The notes under the pieces are model-generated. The model was not told where the DNA came from. It ran no database searches and was given only the letters and a program-made list of their open reading frames with translations. A program made the translations under genes and the position numbers. DNA of 63,539 nt, the filler included, from Stramenopiles sp. TOSAG23-3 (taxonomy: Eukaryota): the NCBI GenBank assembly GCA_900128585.1. It is 51 parts of 51 records of this genome, joined end to end, with 100 filler letters (N's around TTAATTAATTAA, not from the genome) between each part and the next. Parts side by side here need not be neighbours in the genome. Positions count along the whole stretch, not along the records: positions 53,720 to 54,860 come from LT646408.1; positions 54,961 to 56,101 come from LT646409.1; positions 56,202 to 57,342 come from LT646410.1; positions 57,443 to 58,582 come from LT646411.1; positions 58,683 to 59,822 come from LT646412.1; positions 59,923 to 61,061 come from LT646413.1; positions 61,162 to 62,300 come from LT646414.1; positions 62,401 to 63,539 come from LT646415.1; 43 more parts are not named here. One strand, 5' to 3'. Positions 53,722 through 63,539 of the stretch are shown here, one piece after another; positions within the stretch are counted from its first letter, which is position 1; the number at the start of each line of letters is the position of its first letter.

Positions 53722-54696
53722 GACAATCGCTGCTCCGATGTATGGGAAAACGTCCGGGCGGCGGCTCCCGACCCCTGCGATGCATCCTGCTGGGCAAACA
53801 TCAAGCGAGGGCGGCAAAACTCGTACGAAGGCGTAGTGGAAAAATCCTGCCTACGTCGTTTGGGCACGGATTGCCGCGGGAAATTCTTGCAGATGAGTGT
53901 ACATTGTGCAGGCTTATTCAAGGCGTCATGTTACAAAAAGTATGCTTTATCTGAGAAAACCATTGATAATTTGTTGAAGATCTTTCCCGAGTGCTTCGAT
54001 TACTTTATGCAGCGCACTACGGCTTTGTCTACTTTTCCTTCAAACGATACTACCGCTTTTCGAGATGCTCCGATTTGCCGTCCTTTGCTCTATGAAGTCT
54101 CGGAAACAGCAAGTAAACCCAACATTTACTCAAGGCTGTATCGTCACTGGGAAGAGTGGGAAAACAATTTATATTACCGTGAAAAGAAATACCTGACCCT
54201 GAATCGAGAAAGGGTATTTTCAGAAAACGAATCGAAACCAATCGAGGATCAAATCGTAAATAAAAAAAGGATTGCGACTATTCTAAAACTGCATTCGTAC
54301 AGAAAACCGGGAAGAAAAAGCGATTTGGCCGGGTTCTATGCACTACTTACAGCAATTTTGTGCTTGACTGTATGTGGATTTTACTGGTTGCAGAGCAAAT
54401 GCGTATTGAACTTCATATTTATTTTAGGTGCACGGAAGGGCTTGTTTTTTAGGAATGGTCGCGTTTGCAGGATGGTTTGCCTCTTAGCGACGCTGCAGCA
54501 TGTGAAGGCGGTTCGTGAGGGCAGGGAAAGCGAGTGCGCCGCCACCCAAGTCCAAAACCATTTCAGCATCATCGGCTTTTACACTGTGCTCCCTCACACC
54601 ATTTATCTCCACAATAGATTCCCTTGGGGATCGATCTTCTACATCATTGCTATCATCAGTTCTTATATGCATGCTCCTTTCATAATTTTCTTGTAG
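53722..54696 (+). CDS. Cys-rich protein with a TM helix, partial; true 3' end uncertain
   Basis: Open frame; FYALLTAILCLTVCGFYWL; the distal part overlaps the convergent gene. Confidence 0.5.
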   Translation, partial: DNRCSDVWENVRAAAPDPCDASCWANIKRGRQNSYEGVVEKSCLRRLGTDCRGKFLQMSVHCAGLFKASCYKKYALSEKTIDNLLKIFPECFDYFMQRTTALSTFPSNDTTAFRDAPICRPLLYEVSETASKPNIYSRLYRHWEEWENNLYYREKKYLTLNRERVFSENESKPIEDQIVNKKRIATILKLHSYRKPGRKSDLAGFYALLTAILCLTVCGFYWLQSKCVLNFIFILGARKGLFFRNGRVCRMVCLLATLQHVKAVREGRESECAATQVQNHFSIIGFYTVLPHTIYLHNRFPWGSIFYIIAIISSYMHAPFIIFL

Positions 54697-54858
54697 TTTA
54701 ATTGTGGACAATGGAGATGTTTTTGGATTATGCTGCCTTTTATTGATGTAGCTGCGACATTTCTGTGTCAGTTTGTCACGGATACATGGGGTCGCAGCAA
54801 TGATGCTCCCTATACCCAAGACTACGCAAATTACGCTCACAGCCATCAGAATGATTCC
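54484..54858 (-). CDS. Membrane protein C-terminus (TM helix plus cytosolic tail)
   Basis: ILMAVSVICVVLGIGSIIAA followed by a polar tail. Confidence 0.55.
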   Translation of the reverse strand, partial: GIILMAVSVICVVLGIGSIIAATPCIRDKLTQKCRSYINKRQHNPKTSPLSTIKLQENYERSMHIRTDDSNDVEDRSPRESIVEINGVREHSVKADDAEMVLDLGGGALAFPALTNRLHMLQRR

Positions 54859-54960
54859 AANNNNNNNNNNNNNNNNNNNNNNNNNNNNNNNNNNNNNNNN
54901 NNNNTTAATTAATTAANNNNNNNNNNNNNNNNNNNNNNNNNNNNNNNNNNNNNNNNNNNN

Positions 54961-55039
54961 TCTTCTTCTTCTTCTTCTTCTTCTTCTTCTTCTTCTTCTT
55001 TCTTCTTCTTTCTTCTTTCTTCTTTCTTCTTCTTCTTCT

Positions 55040-55071
<32 letters not shown>

Positions 55072-55160
55072 TCTTCCTACTTCTTCTTCTTCCTTCTTCC
55101 TACTTCTTCCTTCTTCTTCCTTCTTCTTCCTTCTTCTTCTTTCTTCATTCTTCTTCTTCC
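54961..55160. repeat. (TTC)n-derived microsatellite
   Basis: Direct observation. Confidence 0.95.
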
Positions 55161-55579
55161 TATCTATTGGTATTAATACATACTTGTAATATATAAATAC
55201 ACTACTAACTAGAATAGAAATACTTACCTCCTCATTATAATACTATATAAAAATTAAAATAATTATTATTTTTTATTATATTTTATTATTATTATTCTAT
55301 ATTAACCTCTTTTTATTATTGAATTGTGATTCAGTGTTCTTCAATCTCTTCTTTCTCTTCTTCTTCATTATTCTCAATATATTATTATTATTACTTTAAT
55401 TTTTTTTAAAAATACCATTTCTTCTCAATCTAACCATTTCAACGAAACGCAACAAATTACTACGTTCATAATGTTCATTACCAATTCGGTACAAGCATAC
55501 ATAAACATATATACACACACACGTATACATTGTATTACTCCTTCATTAACAATAATAATAGTAGGTTTTGAAAACTAAA

Positions 55580-55993
55580 ATGGCCCTACGTCGTTTGCTC
55601 TTTCACCCGGCGCAGTTGAAAACGGTCGCCCAGCGGTCTTCCCCCGTCGTGCAGACGGCAAGGCGATCCCTGAGCATCCCGGTCAACCAGGTCGCCCGCG
55701 TCATGCGAATGACCGTTGCTGGCGAACCGGAGGCGGAAAAGGTAGACAAGATCGTGAACGAAATGCTCCCAGACTTGAAAGGGTTCGACGGGTTCAACAG
55801 TGTCACCCGCCACGTGTGCAAGACCGAGTGGGCGTACGAAGTCGCGGTAGTCTTCGACGGGTTGGAAAACTTCAAGTCCTACATGGAATCTGACAAACGG
55901 GAGGAGCTCATCGCGTCGCACATGGGGGAGATCGAAAAGTTCGCTGTGGATGGAAATGTATATTCTGGAAACCGAGTCCACGACAATTTTTAA
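55580..55993 (+). CDS. Small mitochondrion-targeted ABM-like (dimeric alpha-beta barrel) protein
   Basis: Arg-rich, acid-free presequence ending ARRSLS; GF..VTR.VCK.EW.Y....VFD..ENFKSYMES. Confidence 0.65.
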   Translation: MALRRLLFHPAQLKTVAQRSSPVVQTARRSLSIPVNQVARVMRMTVAGEPEAEKVDKIVNEMLPDLKGFDGFNSVTRHVCKTEWAYEVAVVFDGLENFKSYMESDKREELIASHMGEIEKFAVDGNVYSGNRVHDNF

Positions 55994-56201
55994 AATACAT
56001 TGACAGAATGGGTGGCCCACCCCCCACGGACGGACGGACACACAGACGGACGGACGAAGAGGAAGAACGCAGAGAAGAGCAAATGGGAAGAGAGAGAGGG
56101 GNNNNNNNNNNNNNNNNNNNNNNNNNNNNNNNNNNNNNNNNNNNNTTAATTAATTAANNNNNNNNNNNNNNNNNNNNNNNNNNNNNNNNNNNNNNNNNNN
56201 N

Positions 56202-57261
56202 CCAGGAAAGCCTATAGCAAATGATGAAAAGTGACGTTGAAGTCTGGGGTTTATCTCAAATGAACCAGCCGTGTGATTCATACAGGCGACGTACTGGCAC
56301 CGCCGGATATTTTTTATAGTTATTACATCTTTTGACGAGTCATACCAATGACTGTAATCTATGTGCTGACGCACTAATGCCAACGCGCTTTGGGTATTGT
56401 ATGGATCGACTTCCGGGAGATTCATATCATCCAAAAAATAAATCATTCGAGTTGTCGCACCAGGCGGGCCAAAATTTGTTCCAGTCTTCTTTTCTAAAGG
56501 CGCTTCCATCGTCGCTTGCAACAGCTTAGCGTTGGTAAAAAAATTGAAATTTATTAGGGTTGTTAATCGTTCACTGGAGTCAAGGTTTTTTAAGGTACCG
56601 CTGATTAGTTGTGTTTTCCCGCAACCGGCAAAACCAATTAGCATTACAGGTTTTTGGAGGGAAACTAACTTAACGATCCAATGGGAGACCGCGGAAGTCT
56701 CCGGTGTGGGTACAGTTATGTGTGACATAGGAGTTTCGCTATTATAATCCACCGTGTAGAAATATTTTGAATTTTTCCACTGGTCAAATGAATTGGTTTC
56801 TGGATCCAAAAAGTAGTCAAATACAGTTTCTCTCGCTGGTATTCGCACATTTTTCCACGTACTGCGCCAATAATCAGAGAATTTTTTTTTGAAATCTTCC
56901 CCATCTTTCTCTGATATTGACGACCCGAAAGCCCAAATAGCAGAAAAAACAAAAGAAGGTTCCAGCTCTTTCTCAGACTCGCTCGCCGTCTCTCTAGCAT
57001 ATTTCCCCGGTTCACGAAGTAAACACTGAAGCATGGACAAAAGGGATTGCACCAGGGTAATTTCGGGCACAGGCACAATGGTTTTCATATTTTTTTTCAT
57101 GTACTTGAGTATTGGTCCACAATACCGTTCAAATAGAATCCCAAGAGCTTCACGCGCTTCGTCCGCAAATGCTTCTGGGAGCTTTTGCACCCAACTCGCG
57201 ATAAGAGAGCGCCATTGCGAGCCTTTCAGGCTGCTAATAAACAGAATACCTGCTCTACTAA
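56202..57261 (-). CDS. Axonemal outer-arm dynein heavy chain, AAA2-AAA3 exon
   Basis: VSRAGIL, PVMLIGFAGCGKT, YFLDDMNLPEVDPYNTQ, YVACMNHTAGSFEINPRLQRHF; CAG acceptor at 57262-57264. Confidence 0.92.
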
Positions 57262-57464
57262 CTGTTTGTTGATAATTTTGAAGTCCCTAAAATTAATTGG
57301 AAAGAAGTTCGTCCTTATTTGGCAATGGAGCATTTTAATGTCNNNNNNNNNNNNNNNNNNNNNNNNNNNNNNNNNNNNNNNNNNNNTTAATTAATTAANN
57401 NNNNNNNNNNNNNNNNNNNNNNNNNNNNNNNNNNNNNNNNNNCTGTGTACTTTTAAGACCAATC

Positions 57465-57935
57465 AATTGGAATCTTGACCAGAACTTGGGGAGGATCTGC
57501 AATAGGAGGAGATATTGTTCTGGAACTGACACCTTCTTTTTTCTTTAATTTTAATTTTACTATAAAATAACAGCCAATTTTTCTTGTTTTTATAATGATA
57601 GTTCGCAGTACATTATTTACTTTGATCAAGCCAATTATGGAACACCACCAGACGAGATGGTACGAAGTTTTGAAGATTATAATTGGGAACTATATATATT
57701 TTTTTTTTTTTTTATAATTGGGAACTGGGTCGAATGATACGATATCGTAGGAACGACAAAGGAGGTACCGCCCGACTTTAAGTGATATGAATTTTAGCAG
57801 TTGCAAAGTTAGATCAGTTTTACGATTGGGATAATCTTGAGAGACTTAAAACATACTATATCATTTTTAGTTATGAATAACAGCCAATTTTCTTGTTTTT
57901 AATTACTTTTAAAACAGCCAATTTTCTTGTTTTTA
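57465..57935 (-). repeat. Cluster of dispersed-repeat modules: shared ~120-bp segment, three 24-mers (57568, 57878, 57912) and module A at about 57839-57860
   Basis: Matches to contigs at 5345, 27198 and 53458. Confidence 0.9.
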
Positions 57936-57991
57936 TACGATCTATCATTTGATTCTGATCAACTTTGATACACTGTTGAATAAGTGAAAAT

Positions 57992-58582
57992 TCAACTAAT
58001 GCCATTCCTGCCAGATTGTAGAAGCCTGCGACGTTTTTGATCTTTCGGCACAAACGTAAATCGGAGTCCAACACCTTTTTGAGCATAAACCTCTGCCACA
58101 TATATTGTGGTGTCCTCGATGTGCCTTGCTTCAAATTTACTGATAAGCGTTTCTTCTCCATCACCACTCACTGTTGCTTGGTCGACAAATTTTTTGCTCA
58201 ATTCAAACAGTGATGTTAACTCGCCTGTTGTTTCAGAATGATAACATCCTAACACATCTTTATTGAAGGGATGAATTTTATCCCCGACTTTTGCGATTTC
58301 AACTTTGCAGCCCGTAGTACCCGTTTTCTCTGCTTCTCCAAGTTTCACCCCTTTTCCATCCGTAATAATAGCATTGACGCCACTCTCTTGGAATATTTTA
58401 AAAAGAGGTAGGTTTTTTATAGGTGTATCCTTCTCAACTAGTAGTCTTCGTCTTCCTGTATTCCCATTCTTTTTGAGGTGGGCCTTCGATCCGGCCTGTT
58501 TGGCTACTGCAGTCTTGGCCTGTTTGCCTACTACAATCCCATGCGTAGCTTCAAGGTCTGCTTGCGTAACTAATTTATCCCC
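57992..58582 (-). CDS. C-terminal part of a protein with an internal GRRRLL and a terminal KRRRLLQSGRNGIS*
   Basis: Frame open from the contig edge (GDKLVTQADLE...). Confidence 0.75.
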   Translation of the reverse strand, partial: GDKLVTQADLEATHGIVVGKQAKTAVAKQAGSKAHLKKNGNTGRRRLLVEKDTPIKNLPLFKIFQESGVNAIITDGKGVKLGEAEKTGTTGCKVEIAKVGDKIHPFNKDVLGCYHSETTGELTSLFELSKKFVDQATVSGDGEETLISKFEARHIEDTTIYVAEVYAQKGVGLRFTFVPKDQKRRRLLQSGRNGIS

Positions 58583-58683
58583 NNNNNNNNNNNNNNNNNN
58601 NNNNNNNNNNNNNNNNNNNNNNNNNNTTAATTAATTAANNNNNNNNNNNNNNNNNNNNNNNNNNNNNNNNNNNNNNNNNNNNG

Positions 58684-59550
58684 ACGAGGACCCGGTCGAG
58701 CAGCCGGACCAGCCTCAAGGGCGGAACCACCGGCGGCTCCTTCAAAGGCGGTGGCAAGGTCGTCCAGAACAAGGACCCGGAGAATGTTTTGGCGTGGAAA
58801 ACGGTCGAGGAGACGACGATGATCGACGACAAGCGCGACAGCCCCCGGGCGGGGACTTCGGTGGGCAGGAAGCCGCCGCTTCCGACGCGAAAACGGTACG
58901 ACGAGGGAAGGAGAAGGGCCGAGGAGCGCAGCGAGAGCTCCACCATGTCTCGGAACGTTGTTCCGGACACCACGATGGGGGGTAGGGGCTTGGACCAGTC
59001 CACGATTAACTTGTCGACCGAGGTCAGTAGCGCCGCAGGGGGGAAAACGAGCGAGGGGTTCGGGGGCACCGTGAGGAGCACGCAGGCAAAAGGCAGCGTC
59101 TCCATGACCAGCAACACGACATTCAAAAGCACCGCAAACTCCAGCAGCGATGCCGGACGGGGCGACAGGGAGAACATAGTCAACCCGGAGAGGTTTTTTG
59201 AGGGCGCGCAGCGAATACTTCGACGGCAGAACAGGCCGTTTTCGGCAGGGCGGATACGGGACCGACGGGTCGGCGGCCACGGCGTGGGAAATCGGGTCGG
59301 GGCCAGCAGCCGCAATGCCCGTAGGGCACGACCCCAGTCAGCAGGGCACACTCGCCACAGGTCAGGGTACGGGAGCAAAAAGGAAGAGCCGGTGCAGTTT
59401 GGTGGGTTTCGGCACAACAGACTTCGTCCAAAGTCAGCGGGCGCCGTCCGGGGGAACAGGCACCGGTGGAACGCGCAGACTCCCCAAGCGGCGGTTCCTA
59501 GCAATGCAAAAGTTATTGTTGTCAAGCAATTCCGGTCCCGTACGGGGTAA
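58684..59550 (+). CDS. Hypothetical disordered basic protein C-terminus (RPxSA motifs)
   Basis: High-GC ORF ending where the sequence turns AT-rich. Confidence 0.65.
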   Translation, partial: TRTRSSSRTSLKGGTTGGSFKGGGKVVQNKDPENVLAWKTVEETTMIDDKRDSPRAGTSVGRKPPLPTRKRYDEGRRRAEERSESSTMSRNVVPDTTMGGRGLDQSTINLSTEVSSAAGGKTSEGFGGTVRSTQAKGSVSMTSNTTFKSTANSSSDAGRGDRENIVNPERFFEGAQRILRRQNRPFSAGRIRDRRVGGHGVGNRVGASSRNARRARPQSAGHTRHRSGYGSKKEEPVQFGGFRHNRLRPKSAGAVRGNRHRWNAQTPQAAVPSNAKVIVVKQFRSRTG

Positions 59551-59922
59551 GATAATTAATTTAAAAGAAGTTTACCTAAATGATTGGAACTCCAAATCAT
59601 CGAAGAGGGTCCGATTTTCAAGTACAGCTCGTATGGATATATAAATAACGATGGTTAAAAATACTCCCATCAACGGAATTATTAGGAGAAGGTGCCCCAA
59701 CAACAATTCTTCCTTGGCATTTGTTTGATTGTCTTTTTTTGTATAGCCCTTACCTTATCACGATTAATTTATATATACACAGCATTTATTAAAATAAATT
59801 CGCATTTCTCTTCGTTATTAAANNNNNNNNNNNNNNNNNNNNNNNNNNNNNNNNNNNNNNNNNNNNTTAATTAATTAANNNNNNNNNNNNNNNNNNNNNN
59901 NNNNNNNNNNNNNNNNNNNNNN

Positions 59923-61061
59923 ACATTAACTGACGTTCCATACGAAACTTGCGATGCAGTGTTTTCTGCAAATACAATCAAATCTCTTGCTGACGGTTTC
60001 ACTCCCGGTTGAGCGGTACTTTGTGCCATTTCGTGCATAGATATCAACTCAGAACTGATAGAACCGGACCAAATTCCGGCTGAAGATGTCATCTCAAGAA
60101 GATCATAGGGTACTGGATCCCCAAAAAATGCTATTTCAACGCATCTATTACGCATAGCCCTCGAAATTTCACCATGTACTGGATCCATTGTCAAAAATAT
60201 GCGAAAGTTTTTGTGAGGCCTGACTATTCTTGGCTCCCCACTATCCAGGCAGCACTCGTTGATCAATAAGAATCCATTTGGTTCTAACAGTGAGTTTAGT
60301 CTGTCTAGGACGTTGGCATTGCAAAAATTTGCGTTATCAAGAACTAGCCAGTCCCCCGACTCTACGGCTTGCACCAGAGATCCATCGATCCACTCAAACA
60401 TCCCTTTCCTTTCACTTTGCCTCAAGATACTATGCTTAAATCTTGGGAAATTAGTGAGAAGGTTTTGGAACGAATCTTGGAGTTTTTCCGTTAACTCCGA
60501 GTTTTTTTCGTAGATGTTTTCTAGGTGCGATAATATTTCTTCTACGGTTTGCACAAAATTGGTGGTTTTCTGCTTTCTCAAAGCCCATTTCTTAGATTCC
60601 AATATAGAATAGTTTTCCCTAGAAACATCATTGGTAGTCAAGCAAACTCTCATTGCCTGAGATACGTGTTTGAGCACTTTTGACAAATATTTTTGTCCCC
60701 ATCGCCCGAAATCTATTTGTTCGTAACACCCAAGGAGTTCTGTAGCATCCGTAGACGAATTTAATACCAGCTCGCGCAAATTATTTCCGGTTGCACTTGC
60801 CAGCCAACGTATTGTCTTGCTTTTTCCAGACCCAGATGGTCCGACTAAAAGACACGGCCAATTCATTTCTACGCAAATTCCGATATGCTCCAGCCGACGC
60901 CCTAGGCCACGTGGATAAGGTGAAGAAATTGTGTTGGACGAACTCTTTCGAGAAAGGCATACTTTTCCAATTTGAATCGTGGTTAGAAGTGATCTAAACT
61001 TGGGATAATTGTTGACTGACACACCAACTCCGAAGATTTCTGAAAATCTTGCAGCGACTTG
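59923..61061 (-). CDS. MDN1: Midasin (Rea1) AAA domain fragment
   Basis: WPCLLVGPSGSGKS, DATELLGCYEQ, FEWIDGSLVQAVESGDWLVLDNANFC...VLDRLNSLLEP, GEISRAMRNR. Confidence 0.95.
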
Positions 61062-61173
61062 NNNNNNNNNNNNNNNNNNNNNNNNNNNNNNNNNNNNNNN
61101 NNNNNTTAATTAATTAANNNNNNNNNNNNNNNNNNNNNNNNNNNNNNNNNNNNNNNNNNNNAAAATATTATCT

Positions 61174-62298
61174 TCAGTTATAAAAGACTTTCCATTCGAT
61201 GTTGTTTGTTTTTGTCCATTGAATTTTTACTTCTTCGTGTCTTCCATGTATCAGTTGACGTTTTTCCTTTTGGTTGCGAAACAAAGCATTCCTTTCTACT
61301 TCTAATTCTTCCTTCTCTGTAATGATGGCAGTTTCGATATCTTCCAGTTCTCTTATTTTTTCCTGATACACTACAGTTTGATCCTGCAGTGAGCCTATAC
61401 TTTTTTGCTGGAATTTTAATGTTTTATTTTGTGCAGTAAGGTGAACCTCCATATTTTGAAGATCAAGCTTCATTAGTTCCATGAATTCTTTCCGGTTCTT
61501 AATCTCCATATCCCGCTCTTCAATTTGTGCTGTCCAATGCGTCTTTTGCGTACACATGTTTTTCGATATTTTTTCAATCTTACCTCTCGCTTCTTCAACT
61601 TGGCGCTGCAAAACATTTTCCCGTTCTGCCGTATCCTCTATTGTTTTTCCTTGAACTATAATTTTGTCTTTGAGGCTTTGGGCCGTATCTTGCGCTTTCA
61701 TTAACTCATCATTCAAAATCTTACCCTGTTTTAAATTCTGTTTTTTCAACTCTAGGATCTGCTCTGCAAAAATATGCAATTGTTCGTTTTTAGAGAGTAA
61801 CTGATCACTTGTGTTTTTATGTTTCTGGTGCAAATCCATTAATTTTCCCTCTAGCTCGACTACACGATGACAAAGTGACACCACAAGTGGTGGGCGAGAA
61901 ACAGAATTTGAAAGATCTGGTATGGAAGAATTTTCACTGCGCGATTCAGCAGTATTATGGCTGCAAAAAAAAGTATCTACAGTATTTACTGCATTTGGAT
62001 CACAGACATTACATCGTTCATCTTGTCGATATTTCCCGTGGGCATTTTCTGCTGTCGATATTTTCCAAGGCTTGCGAGGTCCTGAGCACAAAACTTGAGT
62101 AGATGCATGGCTTTCTGCAAAAGTTTTGGGTACACTTTCGCTAAAAACCATACTGGGAACGGACATAAACCACAATAAACCATTTTTATCACATATAAAT
62201 TCTAAAACTAAACCAACAACATATGTTTCCTGGGCCGGCTTTGAGCTGTCTAGAATCCCCGTTATTTGTTTCATCATTAAATATCCTTCTTGTTCCAG
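61174..62298 (-). CDS. Coiled-coil protein, partial
   Basis: Long ORF with a heptad-rich C-terminal half. Confidence 0.65.
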   Translation of the reverse strand: MEQEGYLMMKQITGILDSSKPAQETYVVGLVLEFICDKNGLLWFMSVPSMVFSESVPKTFAESHASTQVLCSGPRKPWKISTAENAHGKYRQDERCNVCDPNAVNTVDTFFCSHNTAESRSENSSIPDLSNSVSRPPLVVSLCHRVVELEGKLMDLHQKHKNTSDQLLSKNEQLHIFAEQILELKKQNLKQGKILNDELMKAQDTAQSLKDKIIVQGKTIEDTAERENVLQRQVEEARGKIEKISKNMCTQKTHWTAQIEERDMEIKNRKEFMELMKLDLQNMEVHLTAQNKTLKFQQKSIGSLQDQTVVYQEKIRELEDIETAIITEKEELEVERNALFRNQKEKRQLIHGRHEEVKIQWTKTNNIEWKVFYN

Positions 62299-62402
62299 TG
62301 NNNNNNNNNNNNNNNNNNNNNNNNNNNNNNNNNNNNNNNNNNNNTTAATTAATTAANNNNNNNNNNNNNNNNNNNNNNNNNNNNNNNNNNNNNNNNNNNN
62401 GT

Positions 62403-63539
62403 AATGGTTTAAAATATGCTGCTATAGCTGCTACCGTTATGGGTGTTATTATAGCATTTGTATTACTAACAAAACGCCCGCCATTTGAAGAAGTTGATGC
62501 ATCAAATATTGATATGCGTGGTGCATTTTCTAAACTTGATGCTGATAATTCTGGCACAGTTTCATCTGTAGAACTTAAACTTGGTTTATTGAAGCAAGGA
62601 ATGGACAAAAGATTGGTTGATATAATGGTTGATACAATAGATATTAACAATGACGGCGTTATTTCATATAGTGAATGGATTGTTGCTATAAAGAATGAAC
62701 GGCATATGAGTAGAACTCAAGTAGCAAAGACAATACGTCGCAATTCATCTATTGCACGAAAAACTAGTAGGCGGATTAGAGATAAGGGTAGAAATATTAG
62801 AGAAAGTGCAAAAGGTAAAATTATTAAACTCCCATCTATGCACATTTCGTCAAAGGGAAGGCATGCGAAAGTAAGTCCTATTACTTTTGATGGCAATGAT
62901 GAAAGTAATCCAGATAATAATCAAACCACTGAAATTGCTAAAAATACCAAAAATACCAAAACCAAGAAAAATACTAAAAAAAATAAAAATACTAAAAAAG
63001 CAAATAATGATGATGATGACCAGAGACGTTTTGAAACCGCACAAGATGATTTAGCTACTGGTGCTTCAATGCACTCAGTTGCTGGTCCTGACAGTGGTAG
63101 TCTAATAATGTTAGTATCAACCGTTCGTCAAGTCGTATCCCATATGCAAGTGATATCACAACTTAAATTTACACTAGGTGTTACATTTCCACCTGAATTT
63201 GTTGAATTATATAGGCAATTCAAATACATTAATTTAGATTTTATGGCAGTTTTAGCGTTCTACTCCCCTTGTAGTTTTAGTACAAACTTTGCTGGAAGTT
63301 TTATGGCGCATATGAGTGTATTGCCATTTTTCACAGTTGTATTATTTATTGTTTATGTTATATGCATAATTATCAAGAAATGTTTCCCAAGAGTAAGATA
63401 TACTACACTGAGTTGTAGAGACAATGCTATAGCACTTTTTAATCTAGTTATATTTTTAATGTACCCGGCACTCACAACACGATGTTTCAGAGTATTTCAC
63501 TGTTTCGAAGTCAATGGTGTTCATTATTTGAGAGCCGAT
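62403..63539 (+). CDS. Multipass membrane protein with an EF-hand pair in a loop after a TM helix, partial (not in the ORF track because it has no stop)
   Basis: Manual translation open for 379 codons: TM, DADNSGTVSSVEL, DINNDGVISYSEW, then HMQVISQL...FP, INLD, FLMYPALTTRCFRVFHC...YLRAD. Confidence 0.85.

Noticed and set aside
1159-62400. Regularly spaced TTAATTAATTAA repeats resembling a CRISPR-like or periodic array
   Set aside because: They are embedded in N44 runs; this is an artificial six-frame-stop linker between contigs
1-63539. Gene neighbourhoods across spacers (for example the resolvase next to the EF-hand or WD40 genes)
   Set aside because: Contigs are ordered by length, not by genomic position
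1-63539. rRNA, tRNA, CRISPR arrays or an alternative genetic code
   Set aside because: None recognised by eye; conserved genes translate cleanly with the standard code and use TAA, TAG and TGA as stops

Overview
This is not a continuous locus. It is a pseudo-scaffold of 51 unrelated short contigs (about 1,158 down to 1,139 bp, sorted by length) joined by 50 artificial 100-bp spacers (N44-TTAATTAATTAA-N44, stops in all six frames). Synteny only has meaning inside a contig, and ORF-track entries running into X or ending in 'LIN' are truncated by the spacers. The genes are those of a flagellated microbial eukaryote: axonemal dyneins, ferlin, VPS13, THOC2, midasin, eS12, MIC10, DDM1/HELLS, ERCC6L2, a voltage-gated channel and many secreted Cys-rich proteins, with AT-rich intergenic DNA and few introns. 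A heterotrophic protist such as a marine stramenopile, from a single-cell or metagenomic assembly, is my inference, and signs of amplification chimeras are present. Best leads: (1) a protelomerase (telomere resolvase)-like tyrosine recombinase on a compact, virus-like contig (24033-24977); (2) a shared C-terminal tail RRRLL-x(5-7)-G-x(1-2)-[C/S]-stop on three unrelated proteins, one missed by the ORF track; (3) a prohormone/silaffin-like precursor that would release a poly-(Arg-Pro) peptide ending at a Gly-Lys-Arg amidation signal; (4) an OmpA-type peptidoglycan-binding domain inside a eukaryotic Cys-rich protein; (5) a modular dispersed repeat found only downstream of stop codons, one copy carrying a palindromic GGTACC insertion. 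All family assignments come from motif recognition by eye; no searches were run.
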